Virus record (IMG/VR): IMGVR_UViG_3300042542_003718
Reading direction: 5' to 3' (one strand)
Length of the DNA stretch: 64,000 nucleotides
Source: an uncultured virus (IMG/VR IMGVR_UViG_3300042542_003718)
Lineage: Duplodnaviria > Heunggongvirae > Uroviricota > Caudoviricetes > Herelleviridae
The notes beneath the pieces were generated by a model, which was given only the letters and a program-made list of their open reading frames with translations, did not search any database and was not told where the DNA came from. Of the stretch, positions 26,261 through 37,072 are shown piece after piece (position 1 is the stretch's first letter; every line of letters starts with the position of its first letter). The translations under genes were made by a program, and so were the position numbers.

Positions 26261-27838
26261 ATGCCAAGCTCAATGCCTAAGGGCGTATCAGTACCTAAAA
26301 CAGGGCGCTTAGGTACTCTATTCAAAGTACCGATTGATTACATATTAGAGACCAGCAAGGGCGATATGATCACGCTACCGAATAAGCCTACAATGTATAT
26401 GCAATCAAGATCAAATGCCTCATTGATTACATATACTTTGAATTCTTATGTAAAAGAGAACACGCCCTACAGAAATACGCATATTGAATTAAGAGGTTCA
26501 AGCGGATACTTAGAGCGAACGGGGTATAATAGGCAGGGAGACGTAATTTTTCAAAATGGCTTAATCATTCTAGAAGAGTTTGATCATTGGCTGAATGAGT
26601 GGCAAAAGACAGCAACGAACAAAGATTATCTAGTCTTTAGGAGCTTAAATGAAGGTTTCGCATATAAAGTAGGCGTAGATAAATTTGAATGGTCAAGAGA
26701 TGCGGACACCTCTAAATTTTCATATCAATGGAATTTGTCTCTTCATGCCTATGATGAAGCACCAGAAAGCAAACTAAAACCTATCTTTTCACCAGTTACG
26801 GAGGCCGTCAAAGCGATCACAGATCAAATCGACGTTGCCAGCGCAAGCATTGCAATTCTTGACAACGCAATTCAAAACACAAATAAAGAAGTATCACAAA
26901 TCATTAGAGGCCCTATTCAAGCGGTCAATCGTGTAGCTTTGGCAATCCGTCAAGTAGCAAACAGTTTAGACGGGATTTTATTCCAGTTGCCCGCGTCTGT
27001 CATGTCTGATGCGGTCAATGTGTTTGGCAACCTTACAGCGGCGCTACGAACTGTAAAAGGGACAGCCCAAGGCCTACTAGGTATCAATGAGACTTTTGAC
27101 CCATATCAAGATCAAATTGATGAACTTATTAGCGAGACGCAACAGGCGCAAAATTCAGTTATTGAATTGGCCGGCGTAACAAATCAATTGATTAGCGCCA
27201 GTACAAACAAAGAAGCTCAAGTAGAACTTGCAATCAATCAAAACTTAGTTTCTTTATTGTACACAGTGAGAGCGGGCGAAAGCATTCGGACCATTGCACA
27301 AAGGCAATTAAATAATGAGGGCGCATTAGGCGTAATTTTAACACTTAATAACATGCTTGATCAGTATACATACGCAAATGGGCGCCCTTTGTTGCCAGGT
27401 GATGAAATCCTGATTCCTATTCTTGAAGGTGGCAACGCAAACGAATTTAAATTTAAACAGGATGATTACTTTTATACAGACCTACTATTAAATAATGATG
27501 GAGACCTTGAAATCAAGAACAACGATTTCAATTTGATTACTCAAGAAGATAACTTAGTTCAAGCTATAAAAAATCGTGTACTCACTGAAAAGGGAAGCGC
27601 TAGAACGATGCTTGATTATGGTTTACCTGTTCTTATTGGGGGCAATGTAAACAATCGAACAAGCGCTTTTCTATCTATGCATATCAAAGAACAATTAAAC
27701 AGAGACCCCCGAATCGTGGGCGTAACACAAATTGAAATCATTGTTCAAGGTGATCAAATTGCTTTATCATGCATAGTTTCAAGTGTTCAAGGCGTCTCAA
27801 TCCCTCTAATCGTACCAGTTAAAAAAGAGATAAACTAA
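26261..27838 (+). CDS. Baseplate protein with LysM-like and gp25/W-like domains
   Basis: YTVRAGESIRTIA...LLPGDEILIP (LysM); NLVQAIKNRVLT...YG...DPRI (gp25-like). Confidence 0.7.
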   Translation: MPSSMPKGVSVPKTGRLGTLFKVPIDYILETSKGDMITLPNKPTMYMQSRSNASLITYTLNSYVKENTPYRNTHIELRGSSGYLERTGYNRQGDVIFQNGLIILEEFDHWLNEWQKTATNKDYLVFRSLNEGFAYKVGVDKFEWSRDADTSKFSYQWNLSLHAYDEAPESKLKPIFSPVTEAVKAITDQIDVASASIAILDNAIQNTNKEVSQIIRGPIQAVNRVALAIRQVANSLDGILFQLPASVMSDAVNVFGNLTAALRTVKGTAQGLLGINETFDPYQDQIDELISETQQAQNSVIELAGVTNQLISASTNKEAQVELAINQNLVSLLYTVRAGESIRTIAQRQLNNEGALGVILTLNNMLDQYTYANGRPLLPGDEILIPILEGGNANEFKFKQDDYFYTDLLLNNDGDLEIKNNDFNLITQEDNLVQAIKNRVLTEKGSARTMLDYGLPVLIGGNVNNRTSAFLSMHIKEQLNRDPRIVGVTQIEIIVQGDQIALSCIVSSVQGVSIPLIVPVKKEIN

Positions 27839-27839
27839 A

Positions 27840-29225
27840 ATGGCATATGTACAAAGAACAAAAGATGAAATCTTAACAAGTTTACTTGCCCGTATGGTAG
27901 CAAGAAGCGCCGTAACCGATATTGTTGAAGGTAGCGTAATTTATACTTTGATGAGTGCTATTGCTGAACAGATAGCAGATTCAGAATATAAACTAGCGAA
28001 ACTAAGACAACAATTTACACTTACAAACACTACAGGGACTGATCTAGATGATCGGGCGCTTGAAATTGGTATTAGTAGACTACAACCAACCAACGCAACC
28101 GGTGAAATCACTTTGACACGATCAAGCATAGGGGCAACTCTTACACTAGAAGCGGGCCTTCGTGTATCAAATCCTAGTAATCAAGCGCTAGTTTATTACA
28201 CAAGAGAACAGGCCGTATTTGGTACTAATGATTTAACGAAAACAGTTTCAATTATTGCAGGCGTAGCCGGTAGCGTAGGGAACGCAATAAATAACACGAT
28301 TACACGCCTTGAGAATTTCCCAAGCTCCATTATTGCCTGTACAAATGTTAATGCGCTCACAAATGGACTTGATGAAGAGACAGATGATCAATTGCGCAAT
28401 CGTTGTAAACAATTTATTCAATCACTTGCAAAGAGTCAACCACAGGCAATTCAAACACTAGCTAAATCATACATTGCGACAGATGGGACACGAGCATTTA
28501 ACGCAGCAATCTATGAGTCTGAAAACTTGCCCGCTTATTGTGAACTTTTGATAGATGATGGTAGCGCCCTATATAACAACGTAGTAACTCAAACAATTAC
28601 TAGCACGTCTTTTGTTGTGTATGGTGATCAAAGTCCTCTTGTGATGCCAGTTTCAAGCCCTATCACAGATGCATCTAATCTTGTACTGACTAGAACAAGA
28701 GGGTCACTTGTGATCAATCCGAATAAATATCGAATTATTCATGAACGCGGCTTAATCATATTCTTAGATCGTAGTGATTTAGTAGATGGTGATATTGTTA
28801 CTACGAATTCTTATTTTATCTATACCGGCCTAATTAGTGAACTACAGAACTTGATTGAAGGGTCATCAGCTGACCCCATCAACAATCCAGGATATAGAGC
28901 GGCGGGCGTGCGTGTTCGTGTTTTGCCCGCCCCGATTACGCTTGTCTCTTTTGATCTACAAATTACCGCTTATAATGGCGTTGACTTAGTAGCACTACAA
29001 GCAAGATTACAAGGGATTGCGAATGGTTTTGTAAATTCCCTTGAAGCGGGGCAACCTCTACTTATTGCGCAGTTGATTGATGCTCTTATGAATGACACAG
29101 ACCTTCAAAATGTAAAAGTGTACTCAAGCGCAACATTAAATCTAAGCCCCGATATCTACCCAACAACACAAAGACACATACTAAAAGCAGATACTATTAA
29201 CTTATTTGTAAGTACTAGGAGATAA
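27840..29225 (+). CDS. Baseplate J-like wedge protein
   Basis: GTDLD, AGSVGN, GLDEETDDQLRNR motifs. Confidence 0.85.
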   Translation: MAYVQRTKDEILTSLLARMVARSAVTDIVEGSVIYTLMSAIAEQIADSEYKLAKLRQQFTLTNTTGTDLDDRALEIGISRLQPTNATGEITLTRSSIGATLTLEAGLRVSNPSNQALVYYTREQAVFGTNDLTKTVSIIAGVAGSVGNAINNTITRLENFPSSIIACTNVNALTNGLDEETDDQLRNRCKQFIQSLAKSQPQAIQTLAKSYIATDGTRAFNAAIYESENLPAYCELLIDDGSALYNNVVTQTITSTSFVVYGDQSPLVMPVSSPITDASNLVLTRTRGSLVINPNKYRIIHERGLIIFLDRSDLVDGDIVTTNSYFIYTGLISELQNLIEGSSADPINNPGYRAAGVRVRVLPAPITLVSFDLQITAYNGVDLVALQARLQGIANGFVNSLEAGQPLLIAQLIDALMNDTDLQNVKVYSSATLNLSPDIYPTTQRHILKADTINLFVSTRR

Positions 29226-29227
29226 AA

Positions 29228-30598
29228 ATGGATCGTGTTAAATTATACCCTCAAGAACGATTAGACTTAGGAGACGCCGGCGCTCTACAACAATTAGTCT
29301 ATGACTATGTGCAAGATGCTTTAGGTTCACTAATTGGCCCCGCTAGAGGTTGCCTCTCTCAACCAGTTTACAGCTTTATCAATGGAACACCTGATAAGAT
29401 TTCTTTTACTGATTTTTCATTTGTTGCCAGCAAACCTATTGGCAATGCAATTTTAGGCGTCAAACAAGTTAATTTTTCATCTCACATTGTCAAGTTTGAT
29501 AGTTTGCTTACTGATCATGGTAATTATCCCATTCCATTAACCGGCGTAGATAATACGATGTTTCTTTGGGCCCGTCCGCTTATGGTTGCAACTGATCTAG
29601 GTAATCGTAGGAAATGGGACGTAGCACAAGGCGCAGAGGTTACTTTTTCAGACAATACACGTGAGCGCATGCGTATTGAATTTGCTTTTAGCGCTACAAA
29701 TCCAACAGTAGCGGGCGATAATTTTGACTATTCACCATTGGCTAAGGTGGCATCAATTACAGGTTCTTCAATCTCGCTAACCTTTATATCCGCTTTTGAT
29801 TCCGCAGATGTACAAGCGGTCACAGGTGAAAGCGGGACTTTCTACGATAGCGCAAATACAAACGCCACCGCTTTCAGTGGTATGTTGCCCACATATCTTG
29901 CAAATAGTTATGATGTAAATGTAGGCCTATTAAGCGTGATTCATGCACTAGGTAGAATGACAAGACAGATGCACGCAAAGGGCGAAAATGATCCAGTCGG
30001 CACAAGTACGCCCGCCGCTTGGTATAATACACAGCCTAAGATTTCTTTGAATGGAGCATATAAAAAGATCGATGTGCACGATACACAAATCGACGTTCTA
30101 CAAGGGCAAGTAGACAACCTAGAAACGCAACTTCTTGAACGTGGAACTGTCCCTTTTGCCTATTGGATTGTGCAAGGTAACCCGCTATTTGCTTCTAATA
30201 TTTGGCAAGTAATACGTGGGACTACAACCGGTATTTACGTTGATCCTAATAATCCTAATAATTTTAGATTGCTTATGAATACGGAAATGGTGAACAGTGG
30301 TTTTTATGTGAATGGTTGTAGTATCACACAAAGACACCAACCTTCAAACAAGAATCATAATAGAGTAAGTACACAATTACGATGGTTTGATACACCTACA
30401 AGTCATACAGATTGGATTGATCCAGATGTAGGCAATCAAAGAACATTTTCATTTGACACAATCCCTTGGCAACTATCAAATGAAGCATCATTCACAAGTA
30501 CCACCGGTTCCGCCGATTACAACAATTTGACAAACGCAGCAAGTATCACACTTCTAATTACGCTATTTGGCACCCCTGTCAATCCTTATGGAGCGTAA
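29228..30598 (+). CDS. Baseplate/tail-fibre-associated structural protein
   Basis: Follows J; short coiled coil and beta-rich C-terminus. Confidence 0.5.
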   Translation: MDRVKLYPQERLDLGDAGALQQLVYDYVQDALGSLIGPARGCLSQPVYSFINGTPDKISFTDFSFVASKPIGNAILGVKQVNFSSHIVKFDSLLTDHGNYPIPLTGVDNTMFLWARPLMVATDLGNRRKWDVAQGAEVTFSDNTRERMRIEFAFSATNPTVAGDNFDYSPLAKVASITGSSISLTFISAFDSADVQAVTGESGTFYDSANTNATAFSGMLPTYLANSYDVNVGLLSVIHALGRMTRQMHAKGENDPVGTSTPAAWYNTQPKISLNGAYKKIDVHDTQIDVLQGQVDNLETQLLERGTVPFAYWIVQGNPLFASNIWQVIRGTTTGIYVDPNNPNNFRLLMNTEMVNSGFYVNGCSITQRHQPSNKNHNRVSTQLRWFDTPTSHTDWIDPDVGNQRTFSFDTIPWQLSNEASFTSTTGSADYNNLTNAASITLLITLFGTPVNPYGA

Positions 30599-30601
30599 CA
30601 A

Positions 30602-31348
30602 ATGGCAAACCTAGAAATTAGTCCCCTATCAACAACGATCGGTGATAATGGTGGATACTTGATTTATGTAATCGGTGACTATTTCACAGATGGCACGATT
30701 TCAAATGATCAAGATATCAAGATCAGGCTTAAGAATACCAGCACTCTTGCTTATACACAGTATCTTTATTCATGCGTGCCCGGTCAGGGCGTCAATTGCC
30801 AAGTACAAAGGGGGCAATACGTTTTATGCGCCTCACCTATCCTTGAAACAGGTATTTATGATCTAGTCTTAACCTACGGCGTACAAAATTACACAGTGAG
30901 CGCCGGCATACAGGTAAAACGAAGATTGAGAAGTCTTGAAGCGTATGAGCTTCGGGCGTCTTTGCCCCCTCTATATAAGGCCGGCGAACGCATATTAAAT
31001 CAAGATACATTGTTTGCGTATGGTTCAAGTACTCTTGATCAAACTGAACTTAGCAACTTAGCGATTTTGACTTCTTGCATAGGCGACGAATTAACCTATC
31101 TAAAGGGCAAATCTAGAACCAGAGTAGCGGAACAATGCACAATACCCTATGAAATCAATTCTAGCGATGATTCACTGATCAAGCTAGAAAGTAATCTAGG
31201 ACTTGAGGCCGGTCAAATTATCTATGTACAGGGCATTAAATGCGTAGTGACTAGCATTGCAGGGAACGCCGTATATATTCAAACACAACAACCTTTTAGC
31301 ATTGTACAACAAGGGGCGGAGGTGAGCTATGCTACTATCTCAAATTGA
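30602..31348 (+). CDS. Structural protein (Ig/IPT-like N-terminus)
   Basis: ISP...GG..I.V.G..F pattern; synteny. Confidence 0.45.
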   Translation: MANLEISPLSTTIGDNGGYLIYVIGDYFTDGTISNDQDIKIRLKNTSTLAYTQYLYSCVPGQGVNCQVQRGQYVLCASPILETGIYDLVLTYGVQNYTVSAGIQVKRRLRSLEAYELRASLPPLYKAGERILNQDTLFAYGSSTLDQTELSNLAILTSCIGDELTYLKGKSRTRVAEQCTIPYEINSSDDSLIKLESNLGLEAGQIIYVQGIKCVVTSIAGNAVYIQTQQPFSIVQQGAEVSYATISN

Positions 31349-32243
31349 TAAAGCTAGACATTCAACCATTTTTACCAGCGCTACAACAACAGATCTAGAT
31401 AGACTTAGTTTTTTCTATGATCTAGTACGCCCCGCGTCGTTTCCTCGTGTATATTGGGCAAAAGTGATGCAGGCTATTGTTTACCAGCCAAAAGGCACAT
31501 ATGCACAATTATTCAATGTTCTCTATTGGCTATTCAAACCATGGATTGATCAAGAGACTTATGAAAATGTTCTAATCAATACTGAAGGGCGCTTTGTCTT
31601 GCCTACCGGTGATTTGTCAGATGGTAGAGTACACAAATTAGTTCGATGCACTTTTACCGATGGTTCAGTAAAAATTTACATGGTTTATCAAATTCATGAG
31701 ACCGGTACGCCGCCGATCGTCGTTCGTAGGTATCAATTATTTACTAATCAAACGCATGCTAGTAATTCAATGTTTTCTGTGTATGCTAGAGGGCAAAATA
31801 TAACAGTGAAAACAATGGAATTTTTACCCTTTCTCATCTTTGAGACTACAGGCGGGGGCCTTGGGAATGTAAACGCCTTAGACGATCTAAGAAATGGTAA
31901 GATTACAATTTACCTTGATTCTACACTAGCTAAAGCGCCCCCCACATATATGAAAGAAGATAATGAAGAGAGAGACGCCGGCGAACCATTCGGGGGGCAG
32001 CTACTAGAATTGTTTGATCTTGATCCAGACACAGAGAACTATGGCGATCAGATCACAGGGCCCTTTCCTCTATATGTAGGAGGTTCACAATTAGAAGGCG
32101 TATTCGGTACAATTTTAAATAAATGCATTTCAGCCGGTATCAAGTACGAACTTGTAAATCAAGATTGGGATACTTCCCTTAACTACCAGTCACTAAGTAT
32201 CTACGCACAGCAAGGACTTTACCCGTTCCCGCCTAAAATTTAG
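31329..32243 (+). CDS. Putative baseplate wedge (gpI-like) protein
   Basis: LD.L...Y...R..., KGT, and C-terminal AGIK pattern. Confidence 0.45.
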   Translation: MLLSQIDKARHSTIFTSATTTDLDRLSFFYDLVRPASFPRVYWAKVMQAIVYQPKGTYAQLFNVLYWLFKPWIDQETYENVLINTEGRFVLPTGDLSDGRVHKLVRCTFTDGSVKIYMVYQIHETGTPPIVVRRYQLFTNQTHASNSMFSVYARGQNITVKTMEFLPFLIFETTGGGLGNVNALDDLRNGKITIYLDSTLAKAPPTYMKEDNEERDAGEPFGGQLLELFDLDPDTENYGDQITGPFPLYVGGSQLEGVFGTILNKCISAGIKYELVNQDWDTSLNYQSLSIYAQQGLYPFPPKI

Positions 32244-32279
32244 TTATGATACTTGATAAAAGTACGATGTTCTTTGTAT

Positions 32280-32485
32280 ATCTTAACTAGAAAATCTTGT
32301 TATGTTTCAACAATTTACCAAGATAATTAAGATAATTAAGATATTTTGAAGAGTAGTATAATATTAAAAATAAAATATATGTACATGATGTATATGTGAT
32401 TTATATATATAGGGGCTATCGGGCCAATAATTATCTAATCATCTATGTAAATCATTGATTTATAACAATATTCTCTAGTTAAGAT
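32280..32485. repeat. 31-bp imperfect inverted repeat with AT-rich spacer (copy 1), candidate origin
   Basis: Arms 32280-32310 and 32455-32485 match 26/31; internal TTAAGAT repeats. Confidence 0.8.
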
Positions 32486-32516
32486 GTTTTTCACATATCT
32501 TTTTCATGGTTTTAGT

Positions 32517-32560
32517 TTGACAAATCACACTTTTTTCTCTATTTTGATTCAACCTTAATC
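32517..32560 (+). promoter_or_regulatory. Sigma70-like promoter of the primase operon
   Basis: TTGACA-17 nt-TATTTT, then CCTTAATC. Confidence 0.65.
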
Positions 32561-32579
32561 CATTGCTAGGAGTACAGCC

Positions 32580-35500
32580 ATGAACGAAGCAAAAGGCAAG
32601 TTCTATCCTCATCTATCCAGTGAAGTTTTGAATCAGTGGTATAATGAACCCTTATTCTGTTCCATTTTGCCTAATCTCAAAGTTAAAGCGGGCCAGTATA
32701 CAAACCCCGCCGTTTTTCATGTAGACTTGAAAGATGCACTTAGAACACAGTTTAACACAGATGCACAGATGCAACCTGCATACGCATCACAGCTTGTTAA
32801 AGCAACAGCACAAACTTGGAGACTTGGAACAGAACATATCAAAGATTTACAAGTACAAATTGACTTTATCGCTTTAGATTTTGATGCAAAGAGGGAAGAG
32901 AGTCCACGTGAAAAATGGGCTTGGTCAAATGATGACTTTAGCGCTTGCGTTATCTCTTGGGCTGCGCATCCTATTCTAGGAAATTCATTGACCTATAAAA
33001 CAAAACATGGTCTACGCGTTCTAATCCCTCTTGAAGCGCCCTTTATGATTGATAAAGAGTTACGGGGTAAAGATTGGGAGAAAGTCTATGAATCCATTTT
33101 GGCCAGGTTGCCTAAATCATCTTTTGGCGCGTTTGATGTATCTTGCGACACAGTAGTAAAAACTTATAGATTGCCACAAGTAATTAGAGAAAAAGAATAC
33201 TTGTACTCTTTTTTCTATGTGCCAGCTAAACAATATGTACATAAAATTGATATGCTCTCTATGTTCTCTGATATTTCATACATTACAGCACAGAGACAAG
33301 CAATCAGGGGCGTAAGTCAAGGCTTAATCGAAGTATTCAAAGAAAACAAGCTTTATATCGAACCTATGAACAAGCAAATCAACGGCGAATTAGTTCATCG
33401 TGTTCAATGCCCTTGGCATGATTTACATTCATCAAACGACGATAAAAGCACAGCCAGCGTTCTTTTTCTTGGTGATAATGGTTGGGTTTTCAATTGTATG
33501 CATGCATCTTGTAAAACTGAACGAACTAAGCCTAATGCACTTCGGAACAAATTCCCTAGGGGTTGGAGTGATTTTGTTCAAGATGGTTTTGAATATGAGT
33601 TTAACAGCATAGACGGGCAAGAGATTATTAGAAACTTAGTAGAAGTTCTAAAATCATCTAAAGAAGCGCCCTTTTATCAAAGAGGGAATGAAATTGTTCG
33701 TGTAAAAATGAACCTAGAAATTGATAGAGAGACTATCTACACGCCAAGCGTAGAAGAGATCACAGGTTACATTTTACAGTTTTCTAGGTGGTACACAGTA
33801 AAGACAACAAAAGAGGGTTTGACACGAAATTACATAGCTTTACAAGTGGCCACGATCAAAATTTACTATGCATATATCAAAGACATGTTGCCACGTATTG
33901 AGGGCGTGACTAGCATCCCCCCGATCAATAGCGCATTTGAACCATTGCAAACACATAAGGGCTATTGTGAGGCCCAAGCATGCTTTTATTCACCTGTACG
34001 CCATTTCAATTTTAAGGCGTTGCAAGATATACCATCTAGCACTCAAGCAGCGAAAGATGCAGCACTTAGACTACTTGATCTATTTTGCGATTTCCCATTT
34101 GCGCAGGACCATTATAGACTTATGGCACTAGCTACACTATTCACAGCCGGTTTCCGTAAGAAGATTGACGCCCCCGCCCCTTTGTTTCTAGTATCCGCAA
34201 ACACTAAGGCCGCCGGTAAAACTACCTTTATTCAGACCGCTTTGGCCGGCGTGTATGGTATCCGCCAGCCTTCAATCATGGCAACACCAGAAAAACAAGA
34301 AGAACTTGAGAAACAATTAAATACAATGCTCTTAGAAGGTGAAGATTTCATTGTACTTGATAATATTACACAGGCCCTCGGTTCAGGTAGTATCGATGCG
34401 ATCTTAACAAGTTCAGTTTATAAAACTCGTATTCTTGGCAAAAGTCACATGCCAACAATTAAGATTAGATCATTCTTTGCGGGCACTTCTAACAATGCAG
34501 TTATGAAAGCGGATACAGATAGACGCGTAATTACTGTTCGCCTTGTATCTGATTTAGATAGACCAGATGAACGAAGAGACTTTAAACATAGAGATATCTT
34601 GACTTTTGCGTCTCAAAATACAAGTTCTATTTGGCGGGATATGCTCACAATCCAAAAGAGCTTTCAGGAATTGGCAGACGTAGAAGAATTATCAAAAGAA
34701 CTTTCATCAATGGGAAGTTTTACAGAATGGGCCGATTGGGTTCAATATCCTGTCGCATGGGTTGGGAAATTACTAGGTTTCATGAATGTTGATATTGTTG
34801 AGATGTCCCGTTCTGAAATCGTATCAAGAGAAAACGATGATTTAAATACAGTATTTCAAGGCCTCTACGGCTATCAAAGGAATTTAGGGGCGGGCGCTCA
34901 ATGGAATGCGCAAGACTTGTACACAGCATTAAAGAATAAGCATTCAGAGGATGAATACTTAGAACCTTTACAAGATGCATTACTTCAAGGCGTCTCTCTA
35001 AGCGTTGTTAATATAGGCCGTAGATTGATGAGATACAAAGATAAGGTTTGCAACGGGTATAAACTACAATATTACAGATTGCCAGGTAATAAGAATGCAT
35101 TCTCTTTAGTACGAATTACACCGCCTACAGACCGAAAAGAGTTTACACCAGAACAAACTTATCAAGATCATATAAATACACAAGAAGCGCCAAAAGAAAC
35201 AAATCAACCTATACATCAAGCAACAAATGTAGCGAATACAAGTACGAACACGATTGAAAGTATTTTGACGCTTTGTGGCTACAAAGAAGATGCAGACAAG
35301 AAGCAACCTTGTAAATTCATTCAAAAGGGCAATGTTTGTACGCTAAATGATGGTGAACCTTGCGAGGCCTCTTTTATCTACCAGATCGAAGAACCTAAAA
35401 CTAAAGAAGTAGTTAAAGAATCACTATTTGAACTTGAGACCATTGACCCATTCAAGCAAATATGCACAGAGGCCTTGAAACAAAGATTAGCGATGCTACT

Positions 35501-35927
35501 TGATGAGCTAAAGAAACCCGCTGAAATCGTGGATATCTTGAATAAGGAAGGGTTCACCGTAGATAAGGGCAAATGGTCGAGTATCAAGGTAAATAAAGCA
35601 ATCGAATTCTTTAGATTGACACAAAAGAAGATCACTAGCGCCGAACAGAAACTTGAAAAAAGAGGCGTCTATGATCATCGTTGGCTTGCGGGGTATCCAA
35701 CAACCAGAATTTCACAAGAAGAATATTTATCTAAGTATTCCGAAGGTTTACCGATTGGGGGCGTAACATGTGGATCAAGTACAGATAAAAAAAGCGTTCG
35801 ATTTACAGGCGCTTCACTTATTCATAGCGTGCTAGGCGTATCACAGATCAAAGATGCTATAGCTAAGGCAACCACGCCCGAACAAAGAGAGCAGGCGGCA
35901 AAAGAAAAATATGGTGATAAAGAATAA
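32580..35927 (+). CDS. Primase-helicase fusion
   Basis: N-terminal LDFD...HGLRV prim-pol-like motifs; CPWH...CMHASC Zn finger; P-loop AAGKT with LDN Walker B. Confidence 0.75.
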   Translation: MNEAKGKFYPHLSSEVLNQWYNEPLFCSILPNLKVKAGQYTNPAVFHVDLKDALRTQFNTDAQMQPAYASQLVKATAQTWRLGTEHIKDLQVQIDFIALDFDAKREESPREKWAWSNDDFSACVISWAAHPILGNSLTYKTKHGLRVLIPLEAPFMIDKELRGKDWEKVYESILARLPKSSFGAFDVSCDTVVKTYRLPQVIREKEYLYSFFYVPAKQYVHKIDMLSMFSDISYITAQRQAIRGVSQGLIEVFKENKLYIEPMNKQINGELVHRVQCPWHDLHSSNDDKSTASVLFLGDNGWVFNCMHASCKTERTKPNALRNKFPRGWSDFVQDGFEYEFNSIDGQEIIRNLVEVLKSSKEAPFYQRGNEIVRVKMNLEIDRETIYTPSVEEITGYILQFSRWYTVKTTKEGLTRNYIALQVATIKIYYAYIKDMLPRIEGVTSIPPINSAFEPLQTHKGYCEAQACFYSPVRHFNFKALQDIPSSTQAAKDAALRLLDLFCDFPFAQDHYRLMALATLFTAGFRKKIDAPAPLFLVSANTKAAGKTTFIQTALAGVYGIRQPSIMATPEKQEELEKQLNTMLLEGEDFIVLDNITQALGSGSIDAILTSSVYKTRILGKSHMPTIKIRSFFAGTSNNAVMKADTDRRVITVRLVSDLDRPDERRDFKHRDILTFASQNTSSIWRDMLTIQKSFQELADVEELSKELSSMGSFTEWADWVQYPVAWVGKLLGFMNVDIVEMSRSEIVSRENDDLNTVFQGLYGYQRNLGAGAQWNAQDLYTALKNKHSEDEYLEPLQDALLQGVSLSVVNIGRRLMRYKDKVCNGYKLQYYRLPGNKNAFSLVRITPPTDRKEFTPEQTYQDHINTQEAPKETNQPIHQATNVANTSTNTIESILTLCGYKEDADKKQPCKFIQKGNVCTLNDGEPCEASFIYQIEEPKTKEVVKESLFELETIDPFKQICTEALKQRLAMLLDELKKPAEIVDILNKEGFTVDKGKWSSIKVNKAIEFFRLTQKKITSAEQKLEKRGVYDHRWLAGYPTTRISQEEYLSKYSEGLPIGGVTCGSSTDKKSVRFTGASLIHSVLGVSQIKDAIAKATTPEQREQAAKEKYGDKE

Positions 35928-37066
35928 TGAGTTCAAAATTTACGCATGTTTCCGCATCACAGATCAAAACGTATCTTGATTGCCCCCGCAAATGGTATCT
36001 ACAAAAGATTGTTGGGCTACCGTCTCCATCGAGTGCATCTACTGAACTTGGTAAAGATATACATAGTATCATAGAAGCTTATTTCAGAGATGGGCTTGAT
36101 ATACCAGAAACAGACACAGGGGCAATCGCTAAACGAGGGCTTGAGTATTTACCTAGTAGAGATGAAGATTTATCAATTGAACTAGGTATTCATGAGGCCC
36201 TACCGATCAAAGATTCCCCCGTCCCGATTATGGGTTTCATTGATTTACTCCATAAGGGGGCGGGGTTTGTGCGTATCATTGATCATAAAACCACCAGTTC
36301 AAAGAAGTACACAAAGACGTCAAAAGAATTAGGCTATGATGTGCAAATGAACATCTACGCACGATCAATCTTTGATAATATGCCAACCCTTGAACAAGTT
36401 GAGGTTGTGCATGTCTATTATGGTACGAAAGCGCCGGCGTGGTCGTCTAGTGTGTCATATGTGCTCACTAGACAAGAAAACGATGATCATTTTAATGAAA
36501 TTGTAAAAACGATTGACAAAATGAAAATTGACGCTATAAAAGAAGAAAACGAGGTTGAAAAGAACCTTGAAGCATGTTTCAAGTTCGGGGGGTGCCCTTA
36601 TCGCTCCGAATGCCTTTTAAAACGAAAAGAGATTGACACTATGACACAGACACAAGGTCAAGATTTAGCAAGTAAGTTAGGACTTACAGCGCCTAAAGCA
36701 CAAGCACAAACAGCACAAGTAGAAGCAAAGATTCAAGCACAAATTGAAAAACCTTTAGCAATTGTCCCGCCCTATGAACGGCGTTCATTGTTCATTGGTT
36801 GTTTGCCCCAAAAGAGTACGATTGCACCTGTCACATTTTACGAAGCGTTTAGAGAAGAGATTCAAATGATCTGTAATCAATTTCAAGTGTTTCATTTGTC
36901 GCAGGTTGATTATGGTAAAGGGTGGAATGCGTTCCAGTCTTTACTAGCTTCTCAAAGTTGGTCAAAGACAACAACAGCGATTTACATTGATCCTATGAGC
37001 GATGAATTTACAAGGGTTGGCAGCTTACTAATTGCGAATGCAAGTACAGTGATTCGAAGAGTCTAG
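35927..37066 (+). CDS. PD-(D/E)XK exonuclease (RecB/Cas4-like)
   Basis: SASQI...CPRKW, GFID...IIDHKT, QMNIY, C..GCPY..C. Confidence 0.85.
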   Translation: MSSKFTHVSASQIKTYLDCPRKWYLQKIVGLPSPSSASTELGKDIHSIIEAYFRDGLDIPETDTGAIAKRGLEYLPSRDEDLSIELGIHEALPIKDSPVPIMGFIDLLHKGAGFVRIIDHKTTSSKKYTKTSKELGYDVQMNIYARSIFDNMPTLEQVEVVHVYYGTKAPAWSSSVSYVLTRQENDDHFNEIVKTIDKMKIDAIKEENEVEKNLEACFKFGGCPYRSECLLKRKEIDTMTQTQGQDLASKLGLTAPKAQAQTAQVEAKIQAQIEKPLAIVPPYERRSLFIGCLPQKSTIAPVTFYEAFREEIQMICNQFQVFHLSQVDYGKGWNAFQSLLASQSWSKTTTAIYIDPMSDEFTRVGSLLIANASTVIRRV

Positions 37067-37072
37067 AATAAA

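Noticed and set aside
32280..32485. MITE or IS element
   Set aside because: No transposase, no target-site duplication seen, and the spacers of the two copies are not conserved.
35927..37066. Cas4 as part of a CRISPR system
   Set aside because: No array or other cas genes; the context is a phage replication module.
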